Part shown: in pieces, positions 16,837 through 24,747 of the stretch
Numbering within the stretch: the first letter of the stretch is position 1
How the letters are laid out: each line of letters opens with the position of its first letter
Source: Phycisphaeraceae bacterium
GTDB taxonomy: Bacteria; Planctomycetota; Phycisphaerae; Phycisphaerales; Zrk34
Length of the DNA stretch: 24,747 bases
Direction: 5' to 3'
NCBI GenBank assembly: GCA_040905565.1
Contig: JBBDRF010000061.1
Coordinates: 1-24,747, forward strand
The notes under the pieces: generated by a model
The model's input: only the letters and a program-made list of their open reading frames with translations
Told to the model about the DNA's origin: nothing
Database searches by the model: none
Program-made: the position numbers and the translations under genes

Positions 16837-18594
16837 TTATGTGTTCAAAGCGTTTACGCTGATCTCTGCAAAGGGTGTCAGAGGCACCAGCAACGTGATA
16901 CGCGTGCCTTCATTTGGTTTGCTTCGAACGTGCATTCGGCCGCCGATCAGTTCCACCCGTTCCTGGACACTGCCGAGGCCCAAGCCGGTCGGGCTGGTCG
17001 CGGCAAACTCCGTTTGCTCAAGGTCAAAGCCACGCCCCCTGTCTTCCACCGTGACCCGCAGTGCATCGCCATCATGCTCCGACGTCACCCACGCTTCACT
17101 GACGCCGCCGTGCTTAACGATGTTGAACAGCAACTCCCGCACACACTGGAACAGCAGCACGCGGATCTGCTCCTCAGCCCGTTCAGTGACGCGATCGGCC
17201 TCGACAGTCACGCGCAGGCCGTGCTTCTCCTGTACCCAATTGCTCAGCCATTCCAGCGTTTCCGCCCAACTGTGGGCACGCAGCCCCGGCGGAAATAGCT
17301 CGCTGGCCAGCGACCGTGTCTCGGCGACGGATTCGCTCAGGAGCTTTCGGATGCTCGCCACCAGCTCGCGCTGCTTCGGCTCCAGACCGGAGCCCTCCAA
17401 CAACTGCAGTTGCATCTGCCCCGCTACCAGCAGTTGCTGGAGGTGATCGTGCAGTACACTGGACAGGCGGCTGCGTTCCCGCTGTTCGACATGGGCCAAG
17501 TCCTGGGCCATCTGCCGCAGTTGGCGAGCTTGGTGTTCGGCTGTGGCGGTACGCTCGGTCAGATCGTGATGGGTCGTCTCAAGCTGCTGCTCGGCCACTT
17601 TGCGATTGGTAATGTCCTCGACGATACGAATTGCGTCCGGCTCACGAGAAGAGCTTGTGTGTACCGCGGATGCCGTCAGTGCAAGCCACAAAACCGTGCC
17701 GTCCTGACGCAGGTAGCGATTCTCGAGTGTGAACTGAGTGACCTCGCCTGACAGCATTTGCCGGATGTACGGCACCTCCTTGTCGCAGTCGTCCGGATGG
17801 GCGAACTCCCGCAAGCGCCTGCCTAGCAGTTCCTCGGAGCGGTACCCCAGCATGTCGCACAGCCTCTGGTTAGCCAGGATTACGCGCGTGTCCGGATCAA
17901 GGCGTGCAATGCCCACCCCGGCCTGCTCAAAGATCGAGCGGAACTGGGCTTCGCTCTCCAGTAGAGCCTGCTCCATCTGCTTACGCTCGGTGATGTCGCG
18001 CACGAGGCCGGTGAAGTAGCGCTCGTGATCCAACTGAAATTCGCTGAGCGCCAGCTCCATTGGGAAGATCGAGCCATCCTTGCGCCGCCCCAACACCTCG
18101 CGACCGATACCGAGGATCTTGGCCTCGCCTGTGCGCGAGTAGTCGCTTAAGTATCCATCGTGGGCGCTGCGGTCCGGCTCGGGCATGAGCAGACTCACGT
18201 TTTGCCCGATTGATTGCGCTGCCGAGTATCCGAAGATCCGCTCCGCCGCTTGGTTGTAACTGAGGATCCGGCCGCGCTGGTCGATTGTCACGATGCCGTC
18301 CACGGCGGTGTCCAGAACGGCTTTCAAGCGCTTTTCCCGTTGCTGGACGTTCCCCTGCAGCCGGCGCATGCGATTGCCGGCCCAAGCCGTCGCCCAGATC
18401 ACCAGCAACGTCAGCAGGCGGTTGGAAACCACATTCACAGACAGGATCCCTTCCGGCGACAGCGGCGCCGCCAGCAGCGTCAGGATGCTGCAGAGGCCGG
18501 CAATTCCCCACACCAGTCGTCGCTCGGCCGACCACACGGCCGCCAGCACCGCCGCGACATATGCCACCGCCCATGCCACCCCCAGCGGCAGCAT
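16837..18594 (-). CDS. Membrane PAS-PAS sensor histidine kinase (HisKA_3) with FixL-like PAS; 5' end disrupted or uncertain
   Basis: TM region, FixL-like PAS (LLMPEPDRSAHDGYL..TGEAKILGIGREV.GRRKDGSIFP), second PAS, LHDHLQQ H-box, HATPase. Confidence 0.88.
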   Translation of the reverse strand: MLPLGVAWAVAYVAAVLAAVWSAERRLVWGIAGLCSILTLLAAPLSPEGILSVNVVSNRLLTLLVIWATAWAGNRMRRLQGNVQQREKRLKAVLDTAVDGIVTIDQRGRILSYNQAAERIFGYSAAQSIGQNVSLLMPEPDRSAHDGYLSDYSRTGEAKILGIGREVLGRRKDGSIFPMELALSEFQLDHERYFTGLVRDITERKQMEQALLESEAQFRSIFEQAGVGIARLDPDTRVILANQRLCDMLGYRSEELLGRRLREFAHPDDCDKEVPYIRQMLSGEVTQFTLENRYLRQDGTVLWLALTASAVHTSSSREPDAIRIVEDITNRKVAEQQLETTHHDLTERTATAEHQARQLRQMAQDLAHVEQRERSRLSSVLHDHLQQLLVAGQMQLQLLEGSGLEPKQRELVASIRKLLSESVAETRSLASELFPPGLRAHSWAETLEWLSNWVQEKHGLRVTVEADRVTERAEEQIRVLLFQCVRELLFNIVKHGGVSEAWVTSEHDGDALRVTVEDRGRGFDLEQTEFAATSPTGLGLGSVQERVELIGGRMHVRSKPNEGTRITLLVPLTPFAEISVNALNT

Positions 18595-18772
18595 CAGGTC
18601 GATCAGAAAGACCCCGCCGGCCAGCAGAAGACTGACGAGTAACGCGAGATCGAAACGCCATGGATTTGTCCTGATGGGACGGCTCCTCGGTCATCGATTC
18701 CCCGGGCGGGTCTGCTCACCCATCACACCTGCAGCATAACGTCTGCACGTTGGTGCAGGGTGAAGCGGAAGC

Positions 18773-18909
18773 GGCACGCTCCAGCGCGGCCTCGGAAATG
18801 TCCAGCACCGTCGTCGACTTCAGCAATCAAGTTCAGCGACAGCCGTGGCTCAGGCTGGTGCCAACTCAATTCGTGCTCATCTTTCTCAGTTCGGCTGTTG
18901 GAGAGACAT
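18773..18909 (-). pseudogene. Class I SAM-dependent methyltransferase remnant
   Basis: Fragments in shifting frames: MSLQQ / TEKDEHELSWHQPEPRLSLNLIAEV / TVLDISEAALERA; internal deletions. Confidence 0.65.
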
Positions 18910-18953
18910 ATCGACTACGCTTTCCCCTAAGAATCCCCATCGTGCAGCGTCAA

Positions 18954-19301
18954 TCAAAAGACCATGACCTTATCGGCCCATGCCGTCCATTCGCCAAGTT
19001 CAGCCATCGAGCCGCGATGCGCGCCCTGCATGATTTCTTCTTCAGCGATACCGCGAGCATCCAGGCACGTGCCGCACACCCCGACCTCGCCACCCTTGCG
19101 ACCGATCGGCTTGAGCATCCTCTCAATGCTGTAAAACCCATCCGGCACCTTCTGGCCCGCCTTGGCGCATGCGGCGGCGTCACCCATCAAAAAGACGCGC
19201 ACCTCCGCTTCCTGCTTGGCCAGTTGCCCGGCAAGCCGAAGCCCGTTGTAGCTGCGCTCGGAGCCGTACGGGGCGTCGTTGAGAATCATTAGTACCTTCA
19301 T
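18954..19301 (-). CDS. DsrE/DsrF-like (YchN-type) protein
   Basis: NDAPYGSERSYNGLRLA, VFLMGDAA, CGTCLDARG, WADKVMVF; GGAG RBS. Confidence 0.92.
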   Translation of the reverse strand: MKVLMILNDAPYGSERSYNGLRLAGQLAKQEAEVRVFLMGDAAACAKAGQKVPDGFYSIERMLKPIGRKGGEVGVCGTCLDARGIAEEEIMQGAHRGSMAELGEWTAWADKVMVF

Positions 19302-19327
19302 CGTGATGCTCCTCTACAAGTAAGTCT

Positions 19328-19622
19328 TCAGGATTTCGAGGCGGTCGCTTTCCTCCTGAGGCGGCGGATCTGGGCAGGCGTGTATTTCCGCGCTGGCTCG
19401 TCCCGCTCAACCCGACAGCAATGCCTGCGTTGTTTTCGGGCGCGGCAGGTGTAGCAGCGCCATCGCGCCATCCTAAGCGTAGTCCACCAAACCTGCGTGG
19501 CGCAATACCGTGAGGTGTTGGGAGACATTCGCCTGCCGTGTCCCCCGCGGATCTTCCAGATCGCTTACGCATTTGGGTTCGGCCAGAAGCTCATGGAGTA
19601 TCATCAGTCGCGTGGGATAAGC
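19328..19622 (-). pseudogene. ArsR/SmtB family regulator pseudogene
   Basis: AYPTRLMILHELLAEPKCVSDL..RQANVSQHLTVLRHAGLVDYA*DGA; TAG at 19473-19475, then a frameshift to RCY; 5' end missing. Confidence 0.85.
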
Positions 19623-19659
19623 GGGAATGGAACGTCACGTGCCGGCCCGCTCGGCGCAA

Positions 19660-19773
19660 AGAAAAAGCCCGCGTCGTGCTTGATGTGGCCTTGAACTCTA
19701 AACCACCCTGACAGGACTGCGACCGGCTGTTTGGCAGGCGTCGTCCGTAAATTGCTTCAAAGGGCCAAAAAAC
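19660..19773 (-). repeat. Copy 1 of imperfect direct repeat (FLAL-stop, att-like hairpin, degenerate terminator)
   Basis: GGCCTTGAACTCTAAACCACCCTGACAGGACTGCGACCGGCTGTTTGGCAGGCGTCGTCCGTAAATTGCTTCAAAGGGC aligns with 22563-22642. Confidence 0.85.
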
Positions 19774-19824
19774 CAGTTTGCCTCTGCGCGTGGGTACGGG
19801 TCATCCCCGAACGTCCGTCTCCTG

Positions 19825-22359
19825 CTACGCCTCTGCGGTGGGCCGCTGATTCTCCAGCTTCTGCCAGCGGTTTGCGTCCGCGTCGCCGATCTTGATGGTG
19901 TATAGCCCCTCCTCGAAAACGAACGGCCGAAACGTTCGCCCCGGCGCACGTACCGCGTACACCAGTTCGCCGTCCGCGTCGTAAACCTGCACCACCGGCC
20001 GCTCCACGCCCGCCATCGAAACCTCCGGCAGATACGCCACAGGCTCGCGGCCGTAGTTATCCAGTTGATTCACCGTGATCGGCCAGCCTGCGCACTGCTC
20101 ATCATTCTCCGGGTCCGCCAGGTAGGGCCAGCAGTCGAGGCGCACCGCCCGGTTGGCCTTGTCAAACCGGACGATGCCCATCCCCGACGCCTTGTTGCGC
20201 ATCAACTCCCGAGGCGGGCCCTGTGGATTGTCGTCCGGGTTGTGCACCGCCAGAACGCTCAGCGGCAGGCCGAAGCCGTCGGTGAAGTTGCCGGTGTTTT
20301 CGAGGTCGCTCTCGCTGCGGTTTCGCCCAGGCTCGTCGGGATAAAACCACCTCAGATACCCAACGTTCACCGCCGGGCCGGCGAAGGCCACGCCCGCATC
20401 GCGATGTTCATCGATTCCGTAATGAATCACCGCTGGCAGATGCTGATCGCCCGCCAGATGCACCGCGAAGCACTTGCGGATTTCCGCCAGCGCCTCGTTG
20501 CGACGGGTCTGCGGCCATCCGTTGGCGTCGTAATCTGCGACGAGGTGGTGATTGCGGCGGCCGTGGTGGGTCGCCATGCTGTTGAAGATCGTCTGCGAAA
20601 CCAGCGCCTTCATGTCCGCGCCGCGCCAGTCGGCCGCCCAGTGCCGCAGGAACTCAAGCTGGCGATCGCCCAGCAGCCGCGCCTCCGGCACATCAGCGGT
20701 TTCCGGATCAAAATCCGGATCGGTTGCGTGGTCCGGCCGCGTCTCCGTCTCGGGAACCGTGCCCTCGGGCCCAGTCTTGAACATGCGGTCGGCGATCACC
20801 GCGAAGCTCACCCGGCCGTAGGTCATTGGCCCGTAGTAGACGCTAATGTCCTGCTTCACCGGTGTTGGATCGAAGGGGTCGGGATGGTGACTGGTTTCGA
20901 TCCGGTGGACGGCGTTCACCCACCGCGCTTCCATGGCATACCCGCCGGACGAGGACGTGTTGAGCGGACGCTTCATCTTCGCTCCCGCCTCGCCCCAGAT
21001 GTTGCCCTGATAGACGTCGTGATCGTCGGGGATGCACAGCGTCGGCCGGTCTCGCGTCAGGTCACGCCACGTCAGACAGTGCAGATACCAATGGTGCAGC
21101 AGGTCCAGAAGCGTTTCATCAATCTTTCCGCGGCTGATGCCGTACCCGCCGCTGCCTTCGTAGAACTGGTCTCCAGTGAAGATCAGCAGGTCGGGGTCAA
21201 CCTGCGCCATCCGCTGCCCGTATTCGACGTTGGGGAACGTCGCCGCATGGATATTGCAGGAGATGTCCGCGACCACCAGTTCGTCCTTTTCCACAGGGTC
21301 GCGACGCACCACGCCCTCGATCCTGTGCTCCTGCCGCTCGCCGTCGGTGTACCGCAAGGTGTACGCCAGTCGGTACGGCACATCGGCCTTGTCGTCCCAG
21401 TCGTCGAGCCGGAACGTGGCAGTGCAGGCGTCGGCGTCGATCGGCTGCTCATCGACGGTCCGCCATCCGCCGTCATGCCGCAGTTGCAGCCGTACCTGCC
21501 GTTCATCGTCCTCGCCCAGCGGCGGCATCTGCGCGCTCATTTTCATGACGCCGTCGCTGAGCGTGTACTGGTTAAAAACAATGGGCCCGAACGTGTCGTC
21601 CGGGTGATGCTCAACCTTGCTCCCGTCAAGCGTCCAGTCGGCGAACCAGAAACGCCCGCCGTTGGGGCCGATGTTGCGCTGCCGTTTGTTCCCGCCAAAG
21701 TTCACCACGAGCGAGACGTTGCCCACCAGCCGCCCACCGCCAACGTCCTCACGGGTTGTTTGCCCCAGTCGCTCTCCGCTGTCCGGATCGAGCGCGGTCA
21801 GCCGAAGGGTGTATCCCGCATCGCCCGACTCCGCCTCCAGCAGCAGTTCTACCGCAGCGCGATCGGTGGGGACGGCGCCAGCCTCGGCCTGGCCTGGATT
21901 GCCGATGAAAAGACCGCCTTCGCTGGTGATTCCGGCGTTGAGCCCGCCGCCGAACAGCAGCGCGTTGCGGTAGTCGTTCAGCGGACCGGTGATGCCCACG
22001 CGGAACCCCACCGTGCCGCCGCCGTCGCCGAGCGCGCCGTCGAGCCGGCCGACCACCACGCTCGTGCGGAAATCACCGTCGTGCTCGCCCAGCCGATGCG
22101 TCAGCAGATGGACATTCCGATCGCCGCCGCGATTGACGCACTCGGCCCGGCCGCCCGCGATCCGCCAGTCCGGCAGTGGATTTGCCCAGTACGCTTCGCC
22201 AAGCCAGGGCCGATCAACGCACCGATGCCACTGGCTCGCGAAGGCGGCCGGCTCGCCCTCCGCCGCGGCCGCCGCACGGCGCCCGCTGCCGCCGAACGTA
22301 AGGCCCGCCGCGACCGTGGTGGAAGTCCCCAGAAACGCGCGTCGGCTCGTTCGATACAT
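19825..22359 (-). CDS. Tat-exported alkaline phosphatase D-like metallophosphatase
   Basis: SRRAFLG Tat motif; SCN, GDQFYE, PDDHDVYQGNIWG, LLGDRQLEFL, DANGWP, AGDQH; GGGAG RBS. Confidence 0.88.
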   Translation of the reverse strand: MYRTSRRAFLGTSTTVAAGLTFGGSGRRAAAAAEGEPAAFASQWHRCVDRPWLGEAYWANPLPDWRIAGGRAECVNRGGDRNVHLLTHRLGEHDGDFRTSVVVGRLDGALGDGGGTVGFRVGITGPLNDYRNALLFGGGLNAGITSEGGLFIGNPGQAEAGAVPTDRAAVELLLEAESGDAGYTLRLTALDPDSGERLGQTTREDVGGGRLVGNVSLVVNFGGNKRQRNIGPNGGRFWFADWTLDGSKVEHHPDDTFGPIVFNQYTLSDGVMKMSAQMPPLGEDDERQVRLQLRHDGGWRTVDEQPIDADACTATFRLDDWDDKADVPYRLAYTLRYTDGERQEHRIEGVVRRDPVEKDELVVADISCNIHAATFPNVEYGQRMAQVDPDLLIFTGDQFYEGSGGYGISRGKIDETLLDLLHHWYLHCLTWRDLTRDRPTLCIPDDHDVYQGNIWGEAGAKMKRPLNTSSSGGYAMEARWVNAVHRIETSHHPDPFDPTPVKQDISVYYGPMTYGRVSFAVIADRMFKTGPEGTVPETETRPDHATDPDFDPETADVPEARLLGDRQLEFLRHWAADWRGADMKALVSQTIFNSMATHHGRRNHHLVADYDANGWPQTRRNEALAEIRKCFAVHLAGDQHLPAVIHYGIDEHRDAGVAFAGPAVNVGYLRWFYPDEPGRNRSESDLENTGNFTDGFGLPLSVLAVHNPDDNPQGPPRELMRNKASGMGIVRFDKANRAVRLDCWPYLADPENDEQCAGWPITVNQLDNYGREPVAYLPEVSMAGVERPVVQVYDADGELVYAVRAPGRTFRPFVFEEGLYTIKIGDADANRWQKLENQRPTAEA

Positions 22360-22534
22360 GATGGCTCCCAAAAAAAGTGCACTGTCGCGGAATCCTCTAG
22401 GTACCGAAGCTACCAGTTACCAGAGCACCGCTCAATAAACTCCGCCACAAGCGGAAGGTCACACGGTGCCAATCGCGTGCTGCTCGAGACGACGTTGTAA
22501 CCCGGATCCGCTCTCGGTGGGGAGAGGATGCGGC

Positions 22535-22648
22535 AAATAAGGCCGGCATCTGGGTTGATACCGGCCTTGAAGCTCTAAATCACCCTGACAGGATTGCGAC
22601 CGACTGCTTAACAGGCGTCGTCGTAGATCGCTTTTAAAGGGCGAGGAA
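22535..22648 (-). repeat. Copy 2 of imperfect direct repeat, with intact terminator hairpin
   Basis: GGCCTTGAAGCTCTAAATCACCCTGACAGGATTGCGACCGACTGCTTAACAGGCGTCGTCGTAGATCGCTTTTAAAGGGC; minus-strand hairpin AAGGCCGGTATC-AACCCA-GATGCCGGCCTT-ATTT. Confidence 0.85.
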
Positions 22649-22885
22649 CGGCTTGACGGCGTCGGGGGTGAAGGTGATGGAGAGGTCGGCTTCGGCCTCG
22701 CCGGTTTCCTTGATCTCGATGCGCTGGATGGCCTCGCGGAGCCAGTCACTTTTCCAGAGCGGGAGCAGTTCGCGCCAGGTTCGCATGACCTGGTGGATCA
22801 GCAACTCGGATGCGTCCTGGCCGAAGAGCGTGCGCCAAGTGGCGGCGTCGTCGAATAAGCCGAGGACAGGTCCACGAGGGTCGTC
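22634..22885 (-). pseudogene. Probable C-terminal remnant of a large serine recombinase
   Basis: TWRELLPLWKSDWLREAIQRIEI...SITFTPDAV resembles the W..L.P....R..I.RI....I.F tail of large serine recombinases; same strand as the N-terminal remnant at 24570-24747. Confidence 0.5.
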
Positions 22886-23119
22886 TCGATAGGTCCCAAT
22901 CACGTAGAGCAATCTCAGCTGATGCTTCGCATCCTCGACCGGCACCGTGTGACGCTGTCGCTGGATCCGATCGTAAGGCAGGCCTCTCATCGCCACCGGG
23001 CGATCACCCGCTCTTATCCGCAACGGAGTCTCGCCAGGCTCGAAGCGTATCTGCTGGAGCACGAGATCCCGGACCGCGAGATCACCCTGCCCGAGCACGC
23101 CGCCTGAGTCGGGAGCGAA

Positions 23120-24262
23120 TCAGAAGCGGACTGCGAGAATCAGGCGCACGACTTCGTGGTACACCCACTCCCGCTCGTCGCGAGGCACGGCATGGCCGTA
23201 GCGGATGTCCCGCCGAGCTGTGCGAATGCACCCGCCGCCGTCCGCCGCGTTACGCCTCTGCTCGGCCGGAGTCCACGAGCCGGCGCTGATCACGTCGGCC
23301 GTCCGCAGCGTCCACCAAACGGCCAGCCCGAAAACGCCCGCGCGATAGACAATGCGGTCCCGCGAGATCGTCAGCCGCTTCGCGCCGAACAGTTCGGTCA
23401 GCCCGTTGAGCACGCTCGCGATGCCGAGCAGCGCGAACAGCCCGCCGACGCAGATCATCACCAGCTCGCCCGTCTCGAGTTCTGTCCCGCCCAGCGCAGG
23501 CCAGAAGTACCAGAGATACCCGCCGATGATCGCGAGGCCGAAGACGATGCTGCCGATGCCGGTGAACGTGCCGGTCTGCCGCGTGTTGGGCAGGTGAAAG
23601 ACGGTTTCGTGGCCGCGGTCTTCAACGCGAACATGACTCTCATACGGCGGCGGCCATGGCTCGAGCGACGCTTCGATGCCTCTGTTCCCCGCGACCTCGC
23701 CGGCCACGACCGCCAGCAGCGGCGCGTCGTCGTCGCGGGCGGTGCCGAGGAATCGACTGATGCGCCACTCGAGCCAATCAAGCTCGCCCTGTCGCAGGGA
23801 ACTGCCGAACCGCGCGGGCCCTTCTTTCGCTTCGATCACGATGCCAAGCGGCTGCATACGCCGGCCGGGCTTCGGCTCCGGAAACCACTGCCGCGCCCGC
23901 GTCGGCCCGCTCAGCGTGTAATGCTCCAGTTGTTCCCTGCCGAAACGCGAATGCTTGATCACCACGCTGTCGTGCGTCACGAGCACGGACGTCCTGGTCA
24001 GGTACACCTGCACCAGGCCCAGACAGACCAGACACAGCATCGCTGCGACGAACGTGCTCATGCCGATGATCGCGAAGCCTGGCGCATCGGGGGCGATGAA
24101 GTAGAAGAGCACGACGAGCATGCCGACTAACAGCGTGACGGCACCGCTGGACGCTGCGATGAACCGTCGCGGGCGTGCGGGGATGTCGATGACGAATTGC
24201 CCGTCCTCTTCGAGGCACTGGACCAGACTGCCGGGCAGTGTGCTGGGGGCGAGTGTCGGCAC
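23120..24262 (-). CDS. Hypothetical membrane protein with two tandem (TM hairpin + beta-rich) modules
   Basis: GGAG-N6-GTG start at 24262; repeats PGSLVQCLEEDGQFVIDIP..ELDWLEWRISRFL and PYESHVRVEDRGHETVFHLP..EREWVYHEVVRLI. Confidence 0.75.
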   Translation of the reverse strand: MPTLAPSTLPGSLVQCLEEDGQFVIDIPARPRRFIAASSGAVTLLVGMLVVLFYFIAPDAPGFAIIGMSTFVAAMLCLVCLGLVQVYLTRTSVLVTHDSVVIKHSRFGREQLEHYTLSGPTRARQWFPEPKPGRRMQPLGIVIEAKEGPARFGSSLRQGELDWLEWRISRFLGTARDDDAPLLAVVAGEVAGNRGIEASLEPWPPPYESHVRVEDRGHETVFHLPNTRQTGTFTGIGSIVFGLAIIGGYLWYFWPALGGTELETGELVMICVGGLFALLGIASVLNGLTELFGAKRLTISRDRIVYRAGVFGLAVWWTLRTADVISAGSWTPAEQRRNAADGGGCIRTARRDIRYGHAVPRDEREWVYHEVVRLILAVRF

Positions 24263-24424
24263 GGCTATCTCCGCGGGGCCGGGGGCACGTAGAGTATACC
24301 GTCGGCCGACGGGCGCTGCCGCGCCCGCCCCGCCGGTTCGAATCGGACGATTCGGCCGCTCAAGGCTGGCAAGCGCGCGTAAAACTTTCGCACAATCGAC
24401 GCGTCCAAAGCAAAAGTGAGTGGT

Positions 24425-24510
24425 CTTGAGCCGACCATTCTCCTGCTCTAGTTCCTTGAGCCGCTGGGCTTCATCCCGCCGTACTGCTGACGCCAGCGGT
24501 GGTACGTCGC
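24425..24510 (-). mobile_element. IS3-family (IS407-like) orfA fragment
   Basis: ATYHRWRQQYGGMK followed, after a small deletion or frameshift, by DEAQRLKELEQENGRLK. Confidence 0.85.
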
Positions 24511-24569
24511 GAAAAGCTACTATAAATGGCTCCACCCGTCCGCAGCAACGGCAGATGTTGCTCAGCTCA

Positions 24570-24747
24570 ATCAAGCGTCGCGCCGGACTCACCTTCGTCA
24601 TCGAACCGCTGTCCGCGCCAGACGAGGCCGGGCTCACCCGTCGCCTCGGCAAAGTCGCGGCAGGTATGGAACTGAGCGTCGCACGATGAAAAGTCCGCCA
24701 ACTTCTCGACTGACTGCAGTGTTTAGATCGCATAGCGGATGGGGGGC
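24570..24747 (-). pseudogene. N-terminal catalytic-domain remnant of a serine recombinase
   Basis: IRYAI*TLQSVEKLADFSSCDAQFHTC..RFDDEGESGATLD* matches the AIYxRxS..S..Q..DDxGxSG resolvase fold; stops at 24723-24725 and 24567-24569. Confidence 0.75.

Noticed and set aside
18691..18693. Selenocysteine recoding of the TGA
   Set aside because: It lies in an unconserved leader, not a redox Cys position, and no convincing SECIS hairpin follows.
19687..19765. Integron attC, 6S/SRP RNA, tmRNA or riboswitch identity for the repeat
   Set aside because: Lacks paired RYYYAAC/GTTRRRY boxes and the diagnostic motifs of these RNAs; no integron integrase in the window.
20065..22500. 811-aa + strand ORF
   Set aside because: Antisense shadow of the PhoD-like gene.
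22922..23107. 61-aa + strand ORF as a gene or transposase tail
   Set aside because: Looks like a coding fragment, but I could not assign a family or RBS; left uncalled.
24263..24733. N-terminal 157 aa of the 537-aa ORF
   Set aside because: Fortuitous open frame across IS3 and recombinase remnants; the real start is likely GTG at 24262.

Overview
High-GC bacterial chromosomal window, most likely Planctomycetota (inferred from the stand-alone 16S gene, planctomycete-type sigma-70, PEP-CTERM protein and REP-like palindromes). It opens with the 3' end of a 16S rRNA gene followed by a terminator, with no tRNA or 23S gene. A sigma-70 gene, mug, a cupin, mnmA and an NHL protein follow. Next is an accessory, metal/metalloid-flavoured stretch: molybdate transporter, DUF305, ZntB, SigZ-like ECF sigma, Acr3-like transporter, DsrE and two orphan PAS kinases. 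The last ~6 kb is a decayed integration zone with methyltransferase, ArsR, IS3 and large serine recombinase remnants around an intact Tat-exported PhoD-like gene. Three signals absent from the ORF track stand out: (1) a ~160 nt candidate sRNA (2100-2260) of five consecutive hairpins, all with UCCCC loops, with an ECF-type promoter and a terminator; (2) a 42-aa, 12-Cys metallothionein-like peptide (13063-13191) directly upstream of the SigZ-like sigma factor; (3) a ~100 bp imperfect palindromic direct repeat (recombinase C-terminus, att-like hairpin and terminator) flanking the PhoD-like gene. All family assignments are from motif recognition by eye; no database search was run.
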